Shown here: in pieces, positions 38,812 to 48,683 of the stretch
Numbering within the stretch: the first letter of the stretch is position 1
Layout: each line of letters begins with the position of its first letter
Source: an uncultured bacterium
GTDB lineage: Bacteria; Nitrospirota; Nitrospiria; Nitrospirales; Nitrospiraceae
Direction: 5' to 3'
Assembly (NCBI GenBank): GCA_965285965.1
Contig: CBDIWQ010000093.1
Coordinates: 1-58,879, forward strand
Length of the DNA stretch: 58,879 nt
The notes under the pieces: generated by a model
Databases searched by the model: none
The model's input: only the letters and a program-made list of their open reading frames with translations
Told to the model about the DNA's origin: nothing
Made by a program: the position numbers and the translations under genes

Positions 38812-39956
38812 TCGTCGGCGCCGGTTTTGCGGGCAGCGTGGCGGCGGAGCGCCTCGCGAACGGGTTCAATAAGCGTGTACTGATCGTGGATAAGCGGCCG
38901 CACATCGGCGGCAACGCGTACGATGAATACGACGACCAGGGGCTGCTGATCCATAAGTACGGCCCCCATATTTTTCACACCAACAGTCGGGACGTCTTCG
39001 ACTACCTGTCACGGTTCACCGCCTGGCGTCCGTACCAGCATCGGGTGCTCGCTTCGGTGGACGGCCAACTGCTGCCGATTCCCATCAATCTGGATACCAT
39101 CAACCGGCTGTATGGGTTGCGGTTGACGTCATTCGAGCTGGAGGCGTTTTTTGCATCCAAGGCGGAATGCGTGCCCGAGCCGCGCACATCGGAAGACGTG
39201 ATCGTCGGGAAAGTCGGGCGCGAGCTGTACGAGAAATTCTTCCGGAACTATACCCGTAAGCAGTGGGGCTTGGACCCGTCGGAACTGGATGCGCAGGTGA
39301 CGGCTCGTGTGCCGGTGCGCACCAATCGCGACGACCGGTATTTTACCGATACCTATCAAGCCATGCCGCTGCACGGGTATACGCGGATGTTCCAGCGCAT
39401 GCTCGCGCACCCCAATATTACGATCATGCTGAACACCGATTACCGGGACGTTCGGCACGAGTTCGGCTATCGGGAAATGATCTACACCGGGCCGGTCGAC
39501 GAGTATTTCGAATGCCGCTATGGGCCGCTGCCGTACCGATCCCTGGAATTCCGTTTCGAAACGGTCCGGCAACCGGTGCACCAACCGGTGGCGGTGATCA
39601 ACCATCCGAATGAATATCCGTACACCCGGGTGACGGAATTCAAGTACCTCACCGGGCAGGAGCATGGCTGGACGAGCCTGGTGTACGAGTACCCGCAGGC
39701 CGAAGGCGACCCGTACTATCCGGTGCCGCGGCCGGAAAACGCCGAGCTGTACAAGAGGTATGAGGCACTCGCCGCCGCCACTCCGAAGGTGCATTTCGTC
39801 GGGCGGCTGGCGACGTATAAGTACTACAACATGGATCAAGTCGTGGCCCAGTCGTTGTCCTTGTGCACGAAGCTGACCGGCAAGCGACGCCATGAACTAA
39901 TGGAGGTGTCAGCGAATGGCCATGGAGTTGTGGGGGGGCGTCGAGTGTACGGTTAA
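38796..39956 (+). CDS. glf: UDP-galactopyranose mutase
   Basis: VGAGFAG, HIGGNAYD, HKYGPHIFHTN, PYYP, GRLATYKYYNMDQ. Confidence 0.96.
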   Translation: MFDYVIVGAGFAGSVAAERLANGFNKRVLIVDKRPHIGGNAYDEYDDQGLLIHKYGPHIFHTNSRDVFDYLSRFTAWRPYQHRVLASVDGQLLPIPINLDTINRLYGLRLTSFELEAFFASKAECVPEPRTSEDVIVGKVGRELYEKFFRNYTRKQWGLDPSELDAQVTARVPVRTNRDDRYFTDTYQAMPLHGYTRMFQRMLAHPNITIMLNTDYRDVRHEFGYREMIYTGPVDEYFECRYGPLPYRSLEFRFETVRQPVHQPVAVINHPNEYPYTRVTEFKYLTGQEHGWTSLVYEYPQAEGDPYYPVPRPENAELYKRYEALAAATPKVHFVGRLATYKYYNMDQVVAQSLSLCTKLTGKRRHELMEVSANGHGVVGGRRVYG

Positions 39957-42129
39957 CCGCGTCGGGGATCGGTATTTCGAGCAGCTGACCAGAAACGGAC
40001 ATGAATTCCGGATAGAGGATCTGGATCGCTTTGCGACACTCGGCATGACGGCGATCCGCTATCCCGTCTTGTGGGAGCGGACGGCGCCCAACGGCCTGGC
40101 GCGCGCCTCGTGGGACTGGGCGGATCGCCGTCTGGCCAGACTGGCCGAGCTCGGCCTCCGTCCCATCATCGGGCTCGTGCATCATGGGAGCGGACCCCGC
40201 GACACGTCCCTCCTCGATCCCGATTTTCCCTCCAGGCTGGCCGCGTTCGCCGGCGCCGTGGCGCGCCGGTATCCCTGGGTGACAGCGTATACGCCGGTGA
40301 ACGAGCCGCTGACGACGGCACGGTTCAGCGGACTCTATGGCCACTGGTATCCGCATGCCAGAGACGACCGGTCGTTCCTGCAGGCGCTGACCGTGCAATG
40401 CCGGGCCATTATCCTGTCGATGCAGGCCATCCGGACGGAGAATCCCGGAGCGCAGCTGATTCAGACCGAAGACTATGGCCGGACGTTCAGCACGCCGGCG
40501 CTGGCCTATGAGGCGGAGTTCCAGAATCACCGGCGTCTCGTGGGTTTTGACTTGTTGACCGGACGGGTGGATGAGGACCATCCGCTCCGGCCCTATCTGC
40601 TCGAGCATGGCGTCACGGAGCACGATTTGGCTTGGTTCAGCGCCGCCGGTTGTCCACCCGACATGCTCGGCGTCAATTATTATCTGACCAGCGACCGGCT
40701 GCTCGATGAACGCCTGGAACGGTATCCCTCCTGGTCGCATGGAGGAAACGGACGCCACACCTATGCGGACATCTCGGCCGTCCACGCCTGGAAGGACGGC
40801 ATCGCCGGTTTTGAGTCGCTGCTGATCGATCTCTGGCAGCGCTACCGGATTCCGCTGGCCATTACGGAAGCGCACCTCGGCTGCACGCGCGAGGAGCAAC
40901 TGCGCTGGCTGGGTGAAGCCTGGGACGATGCCCGGAGGGCGCGGACCAAGGGAGCCGATGTCCGGGCAGTGACCGCCTGGTCGCTGCTGGGCGCGTTTGA
41001 TTGGAACCGGCTTGTGACCGTAGAGGCCGGCTGGTATGAGTCCGGCGTGTTCGATGTGCGCGGTGCGGCGCCGCGGCGGACTGCGCTGGCCGACATGATG
41101 CAAGCGCTCGGGGCGCACGGCCGGTTTGAGCATCCGCTCCTCACCACCCAAGGGTGGTGGCGCCGGCCGGCGCGGCTTCATTTTCCGGCTGTCGGACCGG
41201 ACGAGCGGACGCCCATGCCGCCTGAACCGGCCGTGGTTCCGCCTCCGGCCAGTGTCGGGCGGCGGAAGCCTCTGGTGATCGCAGGTGCCAAGGGGACGTT
41301 GGGAGCCGCCCTGGTACGGCTTTGCACGGAACGCGGCATCGATTATGTAGCCCTGTCCCGGAGGGATCTCGATATCGCGGATGGGGGCGCGGTGCGCCGG
41401 TTGGTCGAGGATCTCCACCCCTGGGCCGTCATCAATGCGGCGGGGTACGTTCGCGTGGATGAGGCCGAGGGGGATTGTGACCGATGCCTGCGGGATAACA
41501 CCGTAGGGGCCGAGCGGCTGGCGGCCGTCTGTGGACGGATCGGGATCCGGTTCCTGACGTTTTCCTCGGACCTGGTCTTTAACGGAGCGCAGGCCGAACC
41601 CTATCTTGAAAGCCATCCGGTCGCACCGTTGAACGTCTATGGGCATAGCAAGGCCGAAGCCGAGCGATTGGTCTCCATGGCCATGCCCTCCGCGTTGATT
41701 ATCCGCACGAGTGCGTTCTTTGGTCCTTGGGACTCATACAACTTCGTGGCGAACGTCCTGGGGGACTTGATGGAAGGGCGCAGCGTGCGCGCCGGCGCAT
41801 CGGTGGTCTCACCGACCTATGTGCCCGATCTCGTGCATGCCAGTTTGGACCTCATCATCGACGGCGTGGAGGGTTTGTGGCATGTCGCCAACCGCGGGGC
41901 CGTCTCCTGGTGCCATTTTGCGCGGACTACGGCGACCATGGCCGGTTTCGATGAGACGCTGGTGGAAGAGTGCGATGCGAGCGAACTCGGGTGGGCGGCC
42001 AAGCGTCCGAGCTATAGCGCCTTGGGGAGCGAGCGGGGCCTCCTGCTGCCGGTATGGGAAGAGTCGCTTGAACGGTATTTGCATGAACGTCGGGACGGGG
42101 CGGCGCGCGGGCGCGCCGCCTGCGTCTAG
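39916..42129 (+). CDS. GH1-like glycoside hydrolase fused to an RmlD-like (dTDP-4-dehydrorhamnose reductase) domain
   Basis: WGGVECT, NEP, ITE in the N-half; GAKGTLG, NAAGY, SSDLVF, YGHSK, SPTYVPDL in the C-half. Confidence 0.9.
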   Translation: MAMELWGGVECTVNRVGDRYFEQLTRNGHEFRIEDLDRFATLGMTAIRYPVLWERTAPNGLARASWDWADRRLARLAELGLRPIIGLVHHGSGPRDTSLLDPDFPSRLAAFAGAVARRYPWVTAYTPVNEPLTTARFSGLYGHWYPHARDDRSFLQALTVQCRAIILSMQAIRTENPGAQLIQTEDYGRTFSTPALAYEAEFQNHRRLVGFDLLTGRVDEDHPLRPYLLEHGVTEHDLAWFSAAGCPPDMLGVNYYLTSDRLLDERLERYPSWSHGGNGRHTYADISAVHAWKDGIAGFESLLIDLWQRYRIPLAITEAHLGCTREEQLRWLGEAWDDARRARTKGADVRAVTAWSLLGAFDWNRLVTVEAGWYESGVFDVRGAAPRRTALADMMQALGAHGRFEHPLLTTQGWWRRPARLHFPAVGPDERTPMPPEPAVVPPPASVGRRKPLVIAGAKGTLGAALVRLCTERGIDYVALSRRDLDIADGGAVRRLVEDLHPWAVINAAGYVRVDEAEGDCDRCLRDNTVGAERLAAVCGRIGIRFLTFSSDLVFNGAQAEPYLESHPVAPLNVYGHSKAEAERLVSMAMPSALIIRTSAFFGPWDSYNFVANVLGDLMEGRSVRAGASVVSPTYVPDLVHASLDLIIDGVEGLWHVANRGAVSWCHFARTTATMAGFDETLVEECDASELGWAAKRPSYSALGSERGLLLPVWEESLERYLHERRDGAARGRAACV

Positions 42130-42213
42130 CGGATGCTGAAAAGGGTTCGTGACGATTGCCCATCGGTGGCTACGCGCGCCGGCTCAAGAGCGGTCGCGAA
42201 AGGAGGGACCCGC

Positions 42214-43197
42214 ATGCATGTCATGGTTACGGGCGGCGCGGGTTATATCGGCAGCGTGGTCACCGAGGCGCTCTTGGAAGAAGGCCATGCCGTCGTGGTG
42301 TACGACAACCTGTCCAAAGGGCACCGGGACGCGGTCGTGGCGCCGGCCGTCTTGGTCGAGGCGGATCTCCTGGATCCGCGCGCCCTCCGCGATGTTCTGG
42401 AAACGTATCCGATCGATGCCGTCGTTCATCTGGCGGCCGACTCGCTGGTCGGTGAATCGATGGAGGATCCGGCGAAGTATTACCGCAGCAACGTGCAAGC
42501 CGGCTTGTCTTTGCTCGATATGATGAAACTGTGCCGCGTCCGCCGGATGGTCTTTTCGTCCACGGCCGCGGTCTATGGGGACGCGCAGAAACAACCGATC
42601 GAAGAAACGGATCCGCTACGGCCTTCCAATCCCTACGGGGATACGAAGCTCGCCTTCGAGCGCGCGCTGCAGTGGTACGGGCGCGCGTATGGCATGCGAG
42701 CGGTCAGTTTGCGCTACTTCAATGCCGCCGGAGCCAGCGCGCGCAATGGCGAGCGCCATGACCCCGAGACGCATTTGATTCCGTCGGTGCTGAATGTCGC
42801 AGCCGGCCGAAGCCCGGTCCTGCGCCTGTTCGGCGACGATTACCCGACGAAGGACGGCACCTGTGTGCGTGACTATATCCATGTCGAGGACCTTGCGGAG
42901 GCGCATGTGCTGGCCTTGCGCGCCATGCAAGCCGGTCCGGCCCCCAGCTCCATCTACAACCTGGGCGGTGGAGGCGGGTATAGCGTGCGTGAAGTGCTCG
43001 ACACGGCGCAGTTGGTGACCGGTCGCCTCATCCCGACAGAGGTAGTCGCGCGCCGTCCCGGTGATCCACCGGTGCTGATCGCCTCCTCCGATCGGATGAA
43101 GAAGGAGCTGGGGTGGCATCCGCGGCGGCAGCGGCTTGACGACATTCTGGACTCCGCCTGGCGTTGGATGCATCGCCCAGCCTCCGTCGCGGCGTGA
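42214..43197 (+). CDS. galE: UDP-glucose 4-epimerase
   Basis: TGGAGYIGS, FSSTAAVYG, YGDTK, LRYFNAAGA, DGTCVRDYIHV; AGGAGG RBS. Confidence 0.95.
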   Translation: MHVMVTGGAGYIGSVVTEALLEEGHAVVVYDNLSKGHRDAVVAPAVLVEADLLDPRALRDVLETYPIDAVVHLAADSLVGESMEDPAKYYRSNVQAGLSLLDMMKLCRVRRMVFSSTAAVYGDAQKQPIEETDPLRPSNPYGDTKLAFERALQWYGRAYGMRAVSLRYFNAAGASARNGERHDPETHLIPSVLNVAAGRSPVLRLFGDDYPTKDGTCVRDYIHVEDLAEAHVLALRAMQAGPAPSSIYNLGGGGGYSVREVLDTAQLVTGRLIPTEVVARRPGDPPVLIASSDRMKKELGWHPRRQRLDDILDSAWRWMHRPASVAA

Positions 43198-43264
43198 CGG
43201 ACCAAGCGGCGATCGGGATCCGCTGCTGCCGAGAACCCGATGCGAGAGGGCCGAGAGTACGTGT

Positions 43265-43600
43265 TCTCACTGACCCGGCTGACCCTGGCAAACCCTTGCT
43301 AACGAGTCGAACATGTTTTTGTCTGGATGAGCCGACTGCCAGTCTGGACCCGGACACCGCGCATAAGATCAGGGCCGTGCTGAAGGAAGAGCCGCGATCG
43401 TCGGGATTGAGCGTCCTCTATACGTCGTACAATATGCGCGAAGGGAAGAGATGTCCGATCGCATCGTATTGGTGCAGAGCGGCAAATTTGTGGCGGACGG
43501 GACGGCCAGGGAGATTGTGACCCGGTTCGGTCAGGACGATCTGGAAGATGTATTCCTGCAACTTGCGCGTCAGTCACGTACGGATCTGCATTGCGCCGGC
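43265..43600 (+). pseudogene. C-terminal remnant of an ABC transporter ATPase
   Basis: LDEPTASLDP (Walker B/D-loop) and LYTSYNMRE, then shifted-frame SDRIVLVQSGKFVADG...LEDVFLQLAR; no Walker A. Confidence 0.75.
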
Positions 43601-43693
43601 TGACCACGCGGTGCCGGACGGTATGGCGGCGACGGGATCGCCGGCGCACTCCGCGATGGTATGGGGTCAGAGGGCGGACCACCAAGGAACCGT

Positions 43694-44240
43694 ATGAGGC
43701 TTCATCGGATCACCGCCCTCATGGCGCGGCACCTCTATCTGTACCGGCGAAGTCTGCCGCGCGCCCTGGAAATCTTTTATTGGCCGTTTCTCGATCTCAC
43801 GATCTGGGGCTTCATCACACTGTATCTGGTCGGGCACCAGGCCGAGGTGCCGGCATTCGTCACCGTACTGCCGTTCGTGATGAACCTCGTTGTGACGGGG
43901 TGGATAATCGGCCTGTTCGCCACGTCGCTCATCATGCGGTTCGGGCAGGAATCAGCGATCCTTGCTTGGAGCATGGTGTTCTTGTTTCAGCCCATTTCCT
44001 GTGTGTTCTATCCCCTGGACGTGTTGCCCCGATGGCTCCAGCCGTTGGCTTGGGCGAACCCAGCTTCGCATATCTTCGAAAGCATGCGGACCGTGCTCAC
44101 AACAGGAGCGCCTCCGCTGGCACACCTGGTGTGGGCCTCAACGCTTAACGGGTTGTTTGTTGAGCGTTGTCATTCTGTGGTTCTATCGGACGTTCGCCTA
44201 TTGCAAGGAGCACGGCTTGCTGGTGCGGGTTGGAGAATAG
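43694..44240 (+). pseudogene. ABC-2 type permease, shortened and frameshifted
   Basis: MRLHRITALMARHLYLYRRS...FYWPFLDL, FQPISCVFYPLDVLP; the C-terminus (...GLLVRVGE*) is in another frame. Confidence 0.7.
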
Positions 44241-44315
44241 CGCGGAATGCGTATCCGGCAGGCGGCGGTCAGTCATGGACCGACCCGCCGCCGAACGGCG
44301 CGACGATCTGATGTC

Positions 44316-44858
44316 CTACTGCCTCGCCACCAGCTGGCGCTGGATGGTCTTCGCTTCGCTCAAATGACTCTGCAAGTCCGGCCGCGTCTGCATTAAATGC
44401 TGTTTCAATCGCGAGTTGTCAGCAGAGTCCGCGGTTTTCTCGACCAGCTGAACGGCTTGTTCATGCATCAGAACCTGATCGTCGATATACCGCCGATCGA
44501 AGTCCCGTCCCGACTTCTGGCGCAGTTCCTCCATGTTTTCCTGGTGCGTGCTCTTCAGCGTGGAGACCAAGGCGGGATTTTCCGGTTGCACGTTGATCCG
44601 GCTCGCCACTTGCCGGTTTTGCGCCATCATTTTGGTGTGCTCGTCCACGATGCGCGCGGCGTAGTTCCGCACTTCAGGAGATTGGGCTTTCTGCTTCGCG
44701 AGCTGTGCGGCTTCCAATTCACTGGCGTCTATCGTGTTAAGCACCGCGACGACATTGGCGTCCGACATGGTGCCGGGCATGGCTTTCTGAGCCATGCCGC
44801 AACCGGTTGCAAGGGCGCTAACGGCCAGGACGAAGACCACGGGGTGAAAAAATCTCAT
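44316..44858 (-). CDS. DUF4142 family lipoprotein
   Basis: Lipobox LATGC; ELEAAQLAKQKAQSPEVRNYAARIVDEH, FDRRYIDDQV. Confidence 0.88.
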   Translation of the reverse strand: MRFFHPVVFVLAVSALATGCGMAQKAMPGTMSDANVVAVLNTIDASELEAAQLAKQKAQSPEVRNYAARIVDEHTKMMAQNRQVASRINVQPENPALVSTLKSTHQENMEELRQKSGRDFDRRYIDDQVLMHEQAVQLVEKTADSADNSRLKQHLMQTRPDLQSHLSEAKTIQRQLVARQ

Positions 44859-44923
44859 GAGCGCCTCCAAGGTTGAATGGTTATGTATTCGCTATGTGAG
44901 GTGGATGCACTGTCATTTCGGTT

Positions 44924-44939
44924 TGCAAAATGCAGACCG
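44924..44939 (-). promoter_or_regulatory. Sigma54-like promoter
   Basis: CGGTCT-GCATT-TTGCA upstream of the DUF4142 gene. Confidence 0.5.
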
Positions 44940-45530
44940 CTATGCCGCGCGCTTAAGCACCTGCTCCAGGCGCCTGGCCCGCCGCGCCGCCTTCAGACAG
45001 CGCCAGAGCTCTTCACCGAACGGCAGCAGGATCAAAAGGACGATCGCGGCACATAACCCGGCCAAATAGACCGGCGACAACGGCGGTTGCTTCCAGGCGA
45101 GCGTAAACCGGGGCGCCTCCGGGCCGAGTCCGAACAGCCCGACAAACTGATTCCAGTACAGGATGGTGACAAAGGACACTCCCATGATCGGCAACAGTTC
45201 CAGAAAGCTATGGACATGTTGTTCCAGGGGGCTGATGTACCGGCGATGGACTGTGTAATAGAGGTCATACAAGGCAGTCGCCTCGTGGAGCACCAAGGCC
45301 AGGAGCATGAGAAGGATGATCAGGGCATTGATATCCAGCAGCAAGCCCATGAGGACCGGGACTCCCGCTTCCCCCAACTGAATCGCATGCAGCACCGATT
45401 CCCTTGTGCCGCTGGTATGCTCGATGAGTGTCCGCCGATGCAGGTAGTAGTCCGCCAGACCGGCTGTGATCCACATCGGAAGGATGACAAACAACAGGTA
45501 GTTTCTTACGAGTGTCGACGGATCATACAT
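44940..45530 (-). CDS. Multi-pass membrane protein with His/Glu motifs
   Basis: DYYLHRRTLIEHTSG.RES.LH, HEATALYD, EQHVHSFLE; GGAG RBS before ATG 45530. The upstream extension in the ORF track looks spurious. Confidence 0.82.
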   Translation of the reverse strand: MYDPSTLVRNYLLFVILPMWITAGLADYYLHRRTLIEHTSGTRESVLHAIQLGEAGVPVLMGLLLDINALIILLMLLALVLHEATALYDLYYTVHRRYISPLEQHVHSFLELLPIMGVSFVTILYWNQFVGLFGLGPEAPRFTLAWKQPPLSPVYLAGLCAAIVLLILLPFGEELWRCLKAARRARRLEQVLKRAA

Positions 45531-45815
45531 CGTGACCGCTCCATATGGCTTCACCTCTCCTTTGGTTGTTGTACGAAGGTCTCCCCTCACTGTGCACTCG
45601 GGAAATCCCTGAGTTTCCTCGTCCCGCTCGCATCTGTTCTGCCGGATGAGATGTCCCCCATAGAGACAGCTTGTCCATCCTGCCACCGAATGCCATGTTT
45701 CCGGAGTCCGTGCATTGGTGAGTGTGTCGCGGTTTCTTCCTCTCAGTGAAAACTGATCCAACGAACGCACCAACAGAGATCGAACCACATGATGGCCATG
45801 CTGCTCGGGGAACAC

Positions 45816-45831
45816 CGGTCCGTGTCTTGCA
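45816..45831 (+). promoter_or_regulatory. Sigma54-like promoter
   Basis: CGGTCC-GTGTC-TTGCA. Confidence 0.5.
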
Positions 45832-45906
45832 GCCGCTATAGGATGCATACGATAGCGCTCCGGACCATGCACTTTACCCCTCATCAGCCACAGGAGAAAA
45901 ACTGCC

Positions 45907-46089
45907 ATGACGGCGAAGCGACAACCGAAAGCGACCGGTATTACGAACGCGCCGCTCGAGCGTGAAGAAGAAGAACAGGAGAAGGTGCCGCCGCAGGGGG
46001 AATCCACTATCGGGAAAGCGCGTAACAGGAAAGCCCCGCCGTCCGAGACGAGGCCTACCAAACTGTCTCACAAAAAGAAGGCGGCATAA
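45907..46089 (+). CDS. Small charged hypothetical protein (60 aa)
   Basis: AGGAG RBS; GITNAPLEREEEEQEKVPPQG; ends KKKAA. Confidence 0.7.
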   Translation: MTAKRQPKATGITNAPLEREEEEQEKVPPQGESTIGKARNRKAPPSETRPTKLSHKKKAA

Positions 46090-46184
46090 CAGCGGCATCG
46101 GGCTCGGCGCGAGATCCAGTGCCTTGGCGGTGACAGCCAGGGAAGTCCTGAAGGTCAACGTCAGTAGCAATCGAGGGAGGCTCC

Positions 46185-46973
46185 ATGAATGAGACACTGA
46201 CTGGAAAAGAACGCTATCGCACGAACACGCAGGATATGGATTGGAGCGAAGAGCGGGCATCCGCCTCGCCGTCTCGGCAGAATGTCGGAGACATGCAACG
46301 GATGCTGTCCGCGTTCCTGGGGGCCGGGCTTCTGATCAGCGGCGTGCCGCGGCGGTCCTGGACAGGAGCGGGCCTATCTCTGATCGGCGCGGCGCTGCTC
46401 CACCGCGGCATCAGCGGCTATTGCGCGCTCTTCGATGCGATAGGGATGGACAGCAGCGGAGACGGCCGGATGACAAACCGGATCGGCCGACGCAAGGTCG
46501 AGACGGGACGCGCCACAAAGATCCGGCAGACGATTGAGATCAATCGGCCTCCCTCGGACCTGTACCGGTTCTGGCGGGCGTTGGAAAACCTGCCGCGCAT
46601 CATGAGTCACCTGGAGTCCGTTCAGACGATCAATGACCGGCTGTCTCATTGGGTGGTCAACACCATACCCGGGGGACCTTCCGTGGAATGGGATGCCGAG
46701 ATTATCAACGATATCGAGAACGAGCGCATCGGCTGGCGGTCATTGTCCGGCGCCGATGTGGATAATGCCGGCTCGGTCGAGTTTGAACCGGTTCGCGACG
46801 GTCTCCAGACGCGGATGACCGTGACGCTTCAGTATGCGCCCCCGGCGGGCCGGATGGGCGCGGCGGTCGCAAAATTGATCGGTGAGGATCCGGAGCAGAA
46901 AATCGCCGAAGATCTGCAGCGCTTCAAGCAGAGCATGGAGGCAGGCGTGCAGACCGGATCGCCTCGCCCGTAA
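46185..46973 (+). CDS. DUF2892-like + SRPBCC family protein
   Basis: LHRGISGYCAL, FWRALENLPRIMSHL, EDLQRFKQ; GGGAGG RBS. Confidence 0.9.
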   Translation: MNETLTGKERYRTNTQDMDWSEERASASPSRQNVGDMQRMLSAFLGAGLLISGVPRRSWTGAGLSLIGAALLHRGISGYCALFDAIGMDSSGDGRMTNRIGRRKVETGRATKIRQTIEINRPPSDLYRFWRALENLPRIMSHLESVQTINDRLSHWVVNTIPGGPSVEWDAEIINDIENERIGWRSLSGADVDNAGSVEFEPVRDGLQTRMTVTLQYAPPAGRMGAAVAKLIGEDPEQKIAEDLQRFKQSMEAGVQTGSPRP

Positions 46974-47020
46974 GGGCGCGACTGCCGGATCCGAGACACA
47001 CGACGGGAAGGGAGCACATC

Positions 47021-47527
47021 ATGCCGCAAGTCACCCTGGGCGGACATCCACTGCATCCTCAGATGATCGTCATGCCGGCCGGCTTATTGCCGTTCAGCCT
47101 GTTTCTGGATCTGCTCTATGCCGTTACCCGTCGGCAGTCGTTTGCGGACGCCTCGTATTACACCATGATGGGCGGGTTTGTGGGCGGTCTGGCAGCCGGC
47201 GCGGCCGGTGCCGCCGATTACGGAACCATTCCGGAGGACCACCCAGCCAAGAAGGTCGGTACGGTGCACGGCGTGATGAACGTCGGTCTGCTGACGCTGA
47301 CGGGCATGAACCTGTTGATGCGGCGCCGTCGCCGCGCACCGGGACTTTTGCCGATCCTCCTGTCCGCCGTCGGGAATGCCGGCCTGTTCGTCTCCGCCTG
47401 GTACGGCGGTCATCTCGTCTACCATCATGGCATGCGGGTGCGCGGGACTGCGCTGACCGGGACTTCAGAGGAGCTCCGATTGCCGGGGGATGAGCGGTTG
47501 GAGCAGAGACTCTCCCCGGTGGAATGA
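47021..47527 (+). CDS. DUF2231 membrane protein
   Basis: GHPLHP, HGVMN, GGHLVYHHG. Confidence 0.85.
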   Translation: MPQVTLGGHPLHPQMIVMPAGLLPFSLFLDLLYAVTRRQSFADASYYTMMGGFVGGLAAGAAGAADYGTIPEDHPAKKVGTVHGVMNVGLLTLTGMNLLMRRRRRAPGLLPILLSAVGNAGLFVSAWYGGHLVYHHGMRVRGTALTGTSEELRLPGDERLEQRLSPVE

Positions 47528-47539
47528 CCAGAGATCCGG

Positions 47540-48070
47540 ATGGCCGACAAGAAGACGGATAACGAGCAGATTCTCGCAATTCAACCGGTCGATCACGTTA
47601 TCGGGCCGGAGATCGCCCCGGTGACGGTGGTGGCCTACTGTGATTTCGAGTGTCCCTACTGCCGGCGCGCCTTCGTCATCATCCAACGTCTGCGGGCGCG
47701 GTTACCAGATCGTCTGCGCTATGTGTTCCGGCATTTTCCGCTGAACCGGAAACATCCCTTCGCCCAACAGGCCGCCGAAATCGCGGAAGCGGCGGGCGCA
47801 CAAGGGAAGTTCTGGCCGATCCATGATTTTCTGTTTGCGTATCAAGACACCCTGGATCTCGATGACCTCTACGGATACGCGGCGATCTTGGATCTTGATG
47901 TGGATCGCCTGCGGGAGGAAGTGGAGAGTCGAATCTATGCCTCGCGGGTCGCACGGGACAAGGACAGCGGTATGCGGTTGGGAGTGACCGGGACACCGAC
48001 GTTCTTCTTCAACCGCCAGCGCCATACCGATGAAGAGACGCTCGAGCAGGCTCTGCGGCGCGCGGCATGA
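47540..48070 (+). CDS. DsbA/thioredoxin-fold oxidoreductase
   Basis: DFECPYC, FRHFPL, GVTGTPTFF. Confidence 0.92.
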   Translation: MADKKTDNEQILAIQPVDHVIGPEIAPVTVVAYCDFECPYCRRAFVIIQRLRARLPDRLRYVFRHFPLNRKHPFAQQAAEIAEAAGAQGKFWPIHDFLFAYQDTLDLDDLYGYAAILDLDVDRLREEVESRIYASRVARDKDSGMRLGVTGTPTFFFNRQRHTDEETLEQALRRAA

Positions 48071-48120
48071 TCCGGTGCCCCCACGTGGCAGCACCGTACC
48101 GGCACTGACAGGAGGTGCAC

Positions 48121-48633
48121 ATGATGTGTATGGGACGGTGGGCGTCGGCCTTTGTGTTCGCCGTCCTGCTTCCAATGGTCCCGCAGCCTGCCGAAGCCGA
48201 TGTGCCGGGAAGCATGTCCTCGCACCGCACAATAATTAGTGGAGTGGTCGTATCCGAGCGCTCGGGACTGCTCACGGTCAAGACGGAAACGGGCGCGCAA
48301 TTGAGCATCGCGACCAAGGCCTCCGGGCGCCCTGGCCACCGCATTCCCAAAGTCGGCGAAGAAGTGAGGCTCACGCTGGACGAGAACAATGCCGTGATCG
48401 ATGTGCATCCGAAAAAGGAGAGAGGGCGCCACCGGTTCGTGACGGGCAAGGTGAAGTACGTCGGAAAAATGAAGCCCGAGATCAAGCTCGAGACGGCGGA
48501 GGGAGACAAGACGTTTCCGCTTCATCGCCGGGAAATCAAGACGGGTGCCATCGAAGAGGGCGCCTTAGTGACAGCGGAAGTGAACGAAGCCGGCACGGTC
48601 ATCGATGTGCATCGGGCCGGGCGCCCGCAATGA
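48121..48633 (+). CDS. Exported hypothetical protein with two small beta domains
   Basis: AGGAGG RBS, signal peptide, repeats GEEVRLTLDENNAVIDVH / GALVTAEVNEAGTVIDVH. Confidence 0.8.
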   Translation: MMCMGRWASAFVFAVLLPMVPQPAEADVPGSMSSHRTIISGVVVSERSGLLTVKTETGAQLSIATKASGRPGHRIPKVGEEVRLTLDENNAVIDVHPKKERGRHRFVTGKVKYVGKMKPEIKLETAEGDKTFPLHRREIKTGAIEEGALVTAEVNEAGTVIDVHRAGRPQ

Positions 48634-48683
48634 GTGTGCGGCGCATGTGTACAACACGGATCACACCACGCAAGGAGGACATC

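Noticed and set aside
45531-46061. N-terminal extension of the 373-aa ORF 44940..46061
   Set aside because: Overlaps a divergent gene and promoter region; ATG 45530 has its own RBS.
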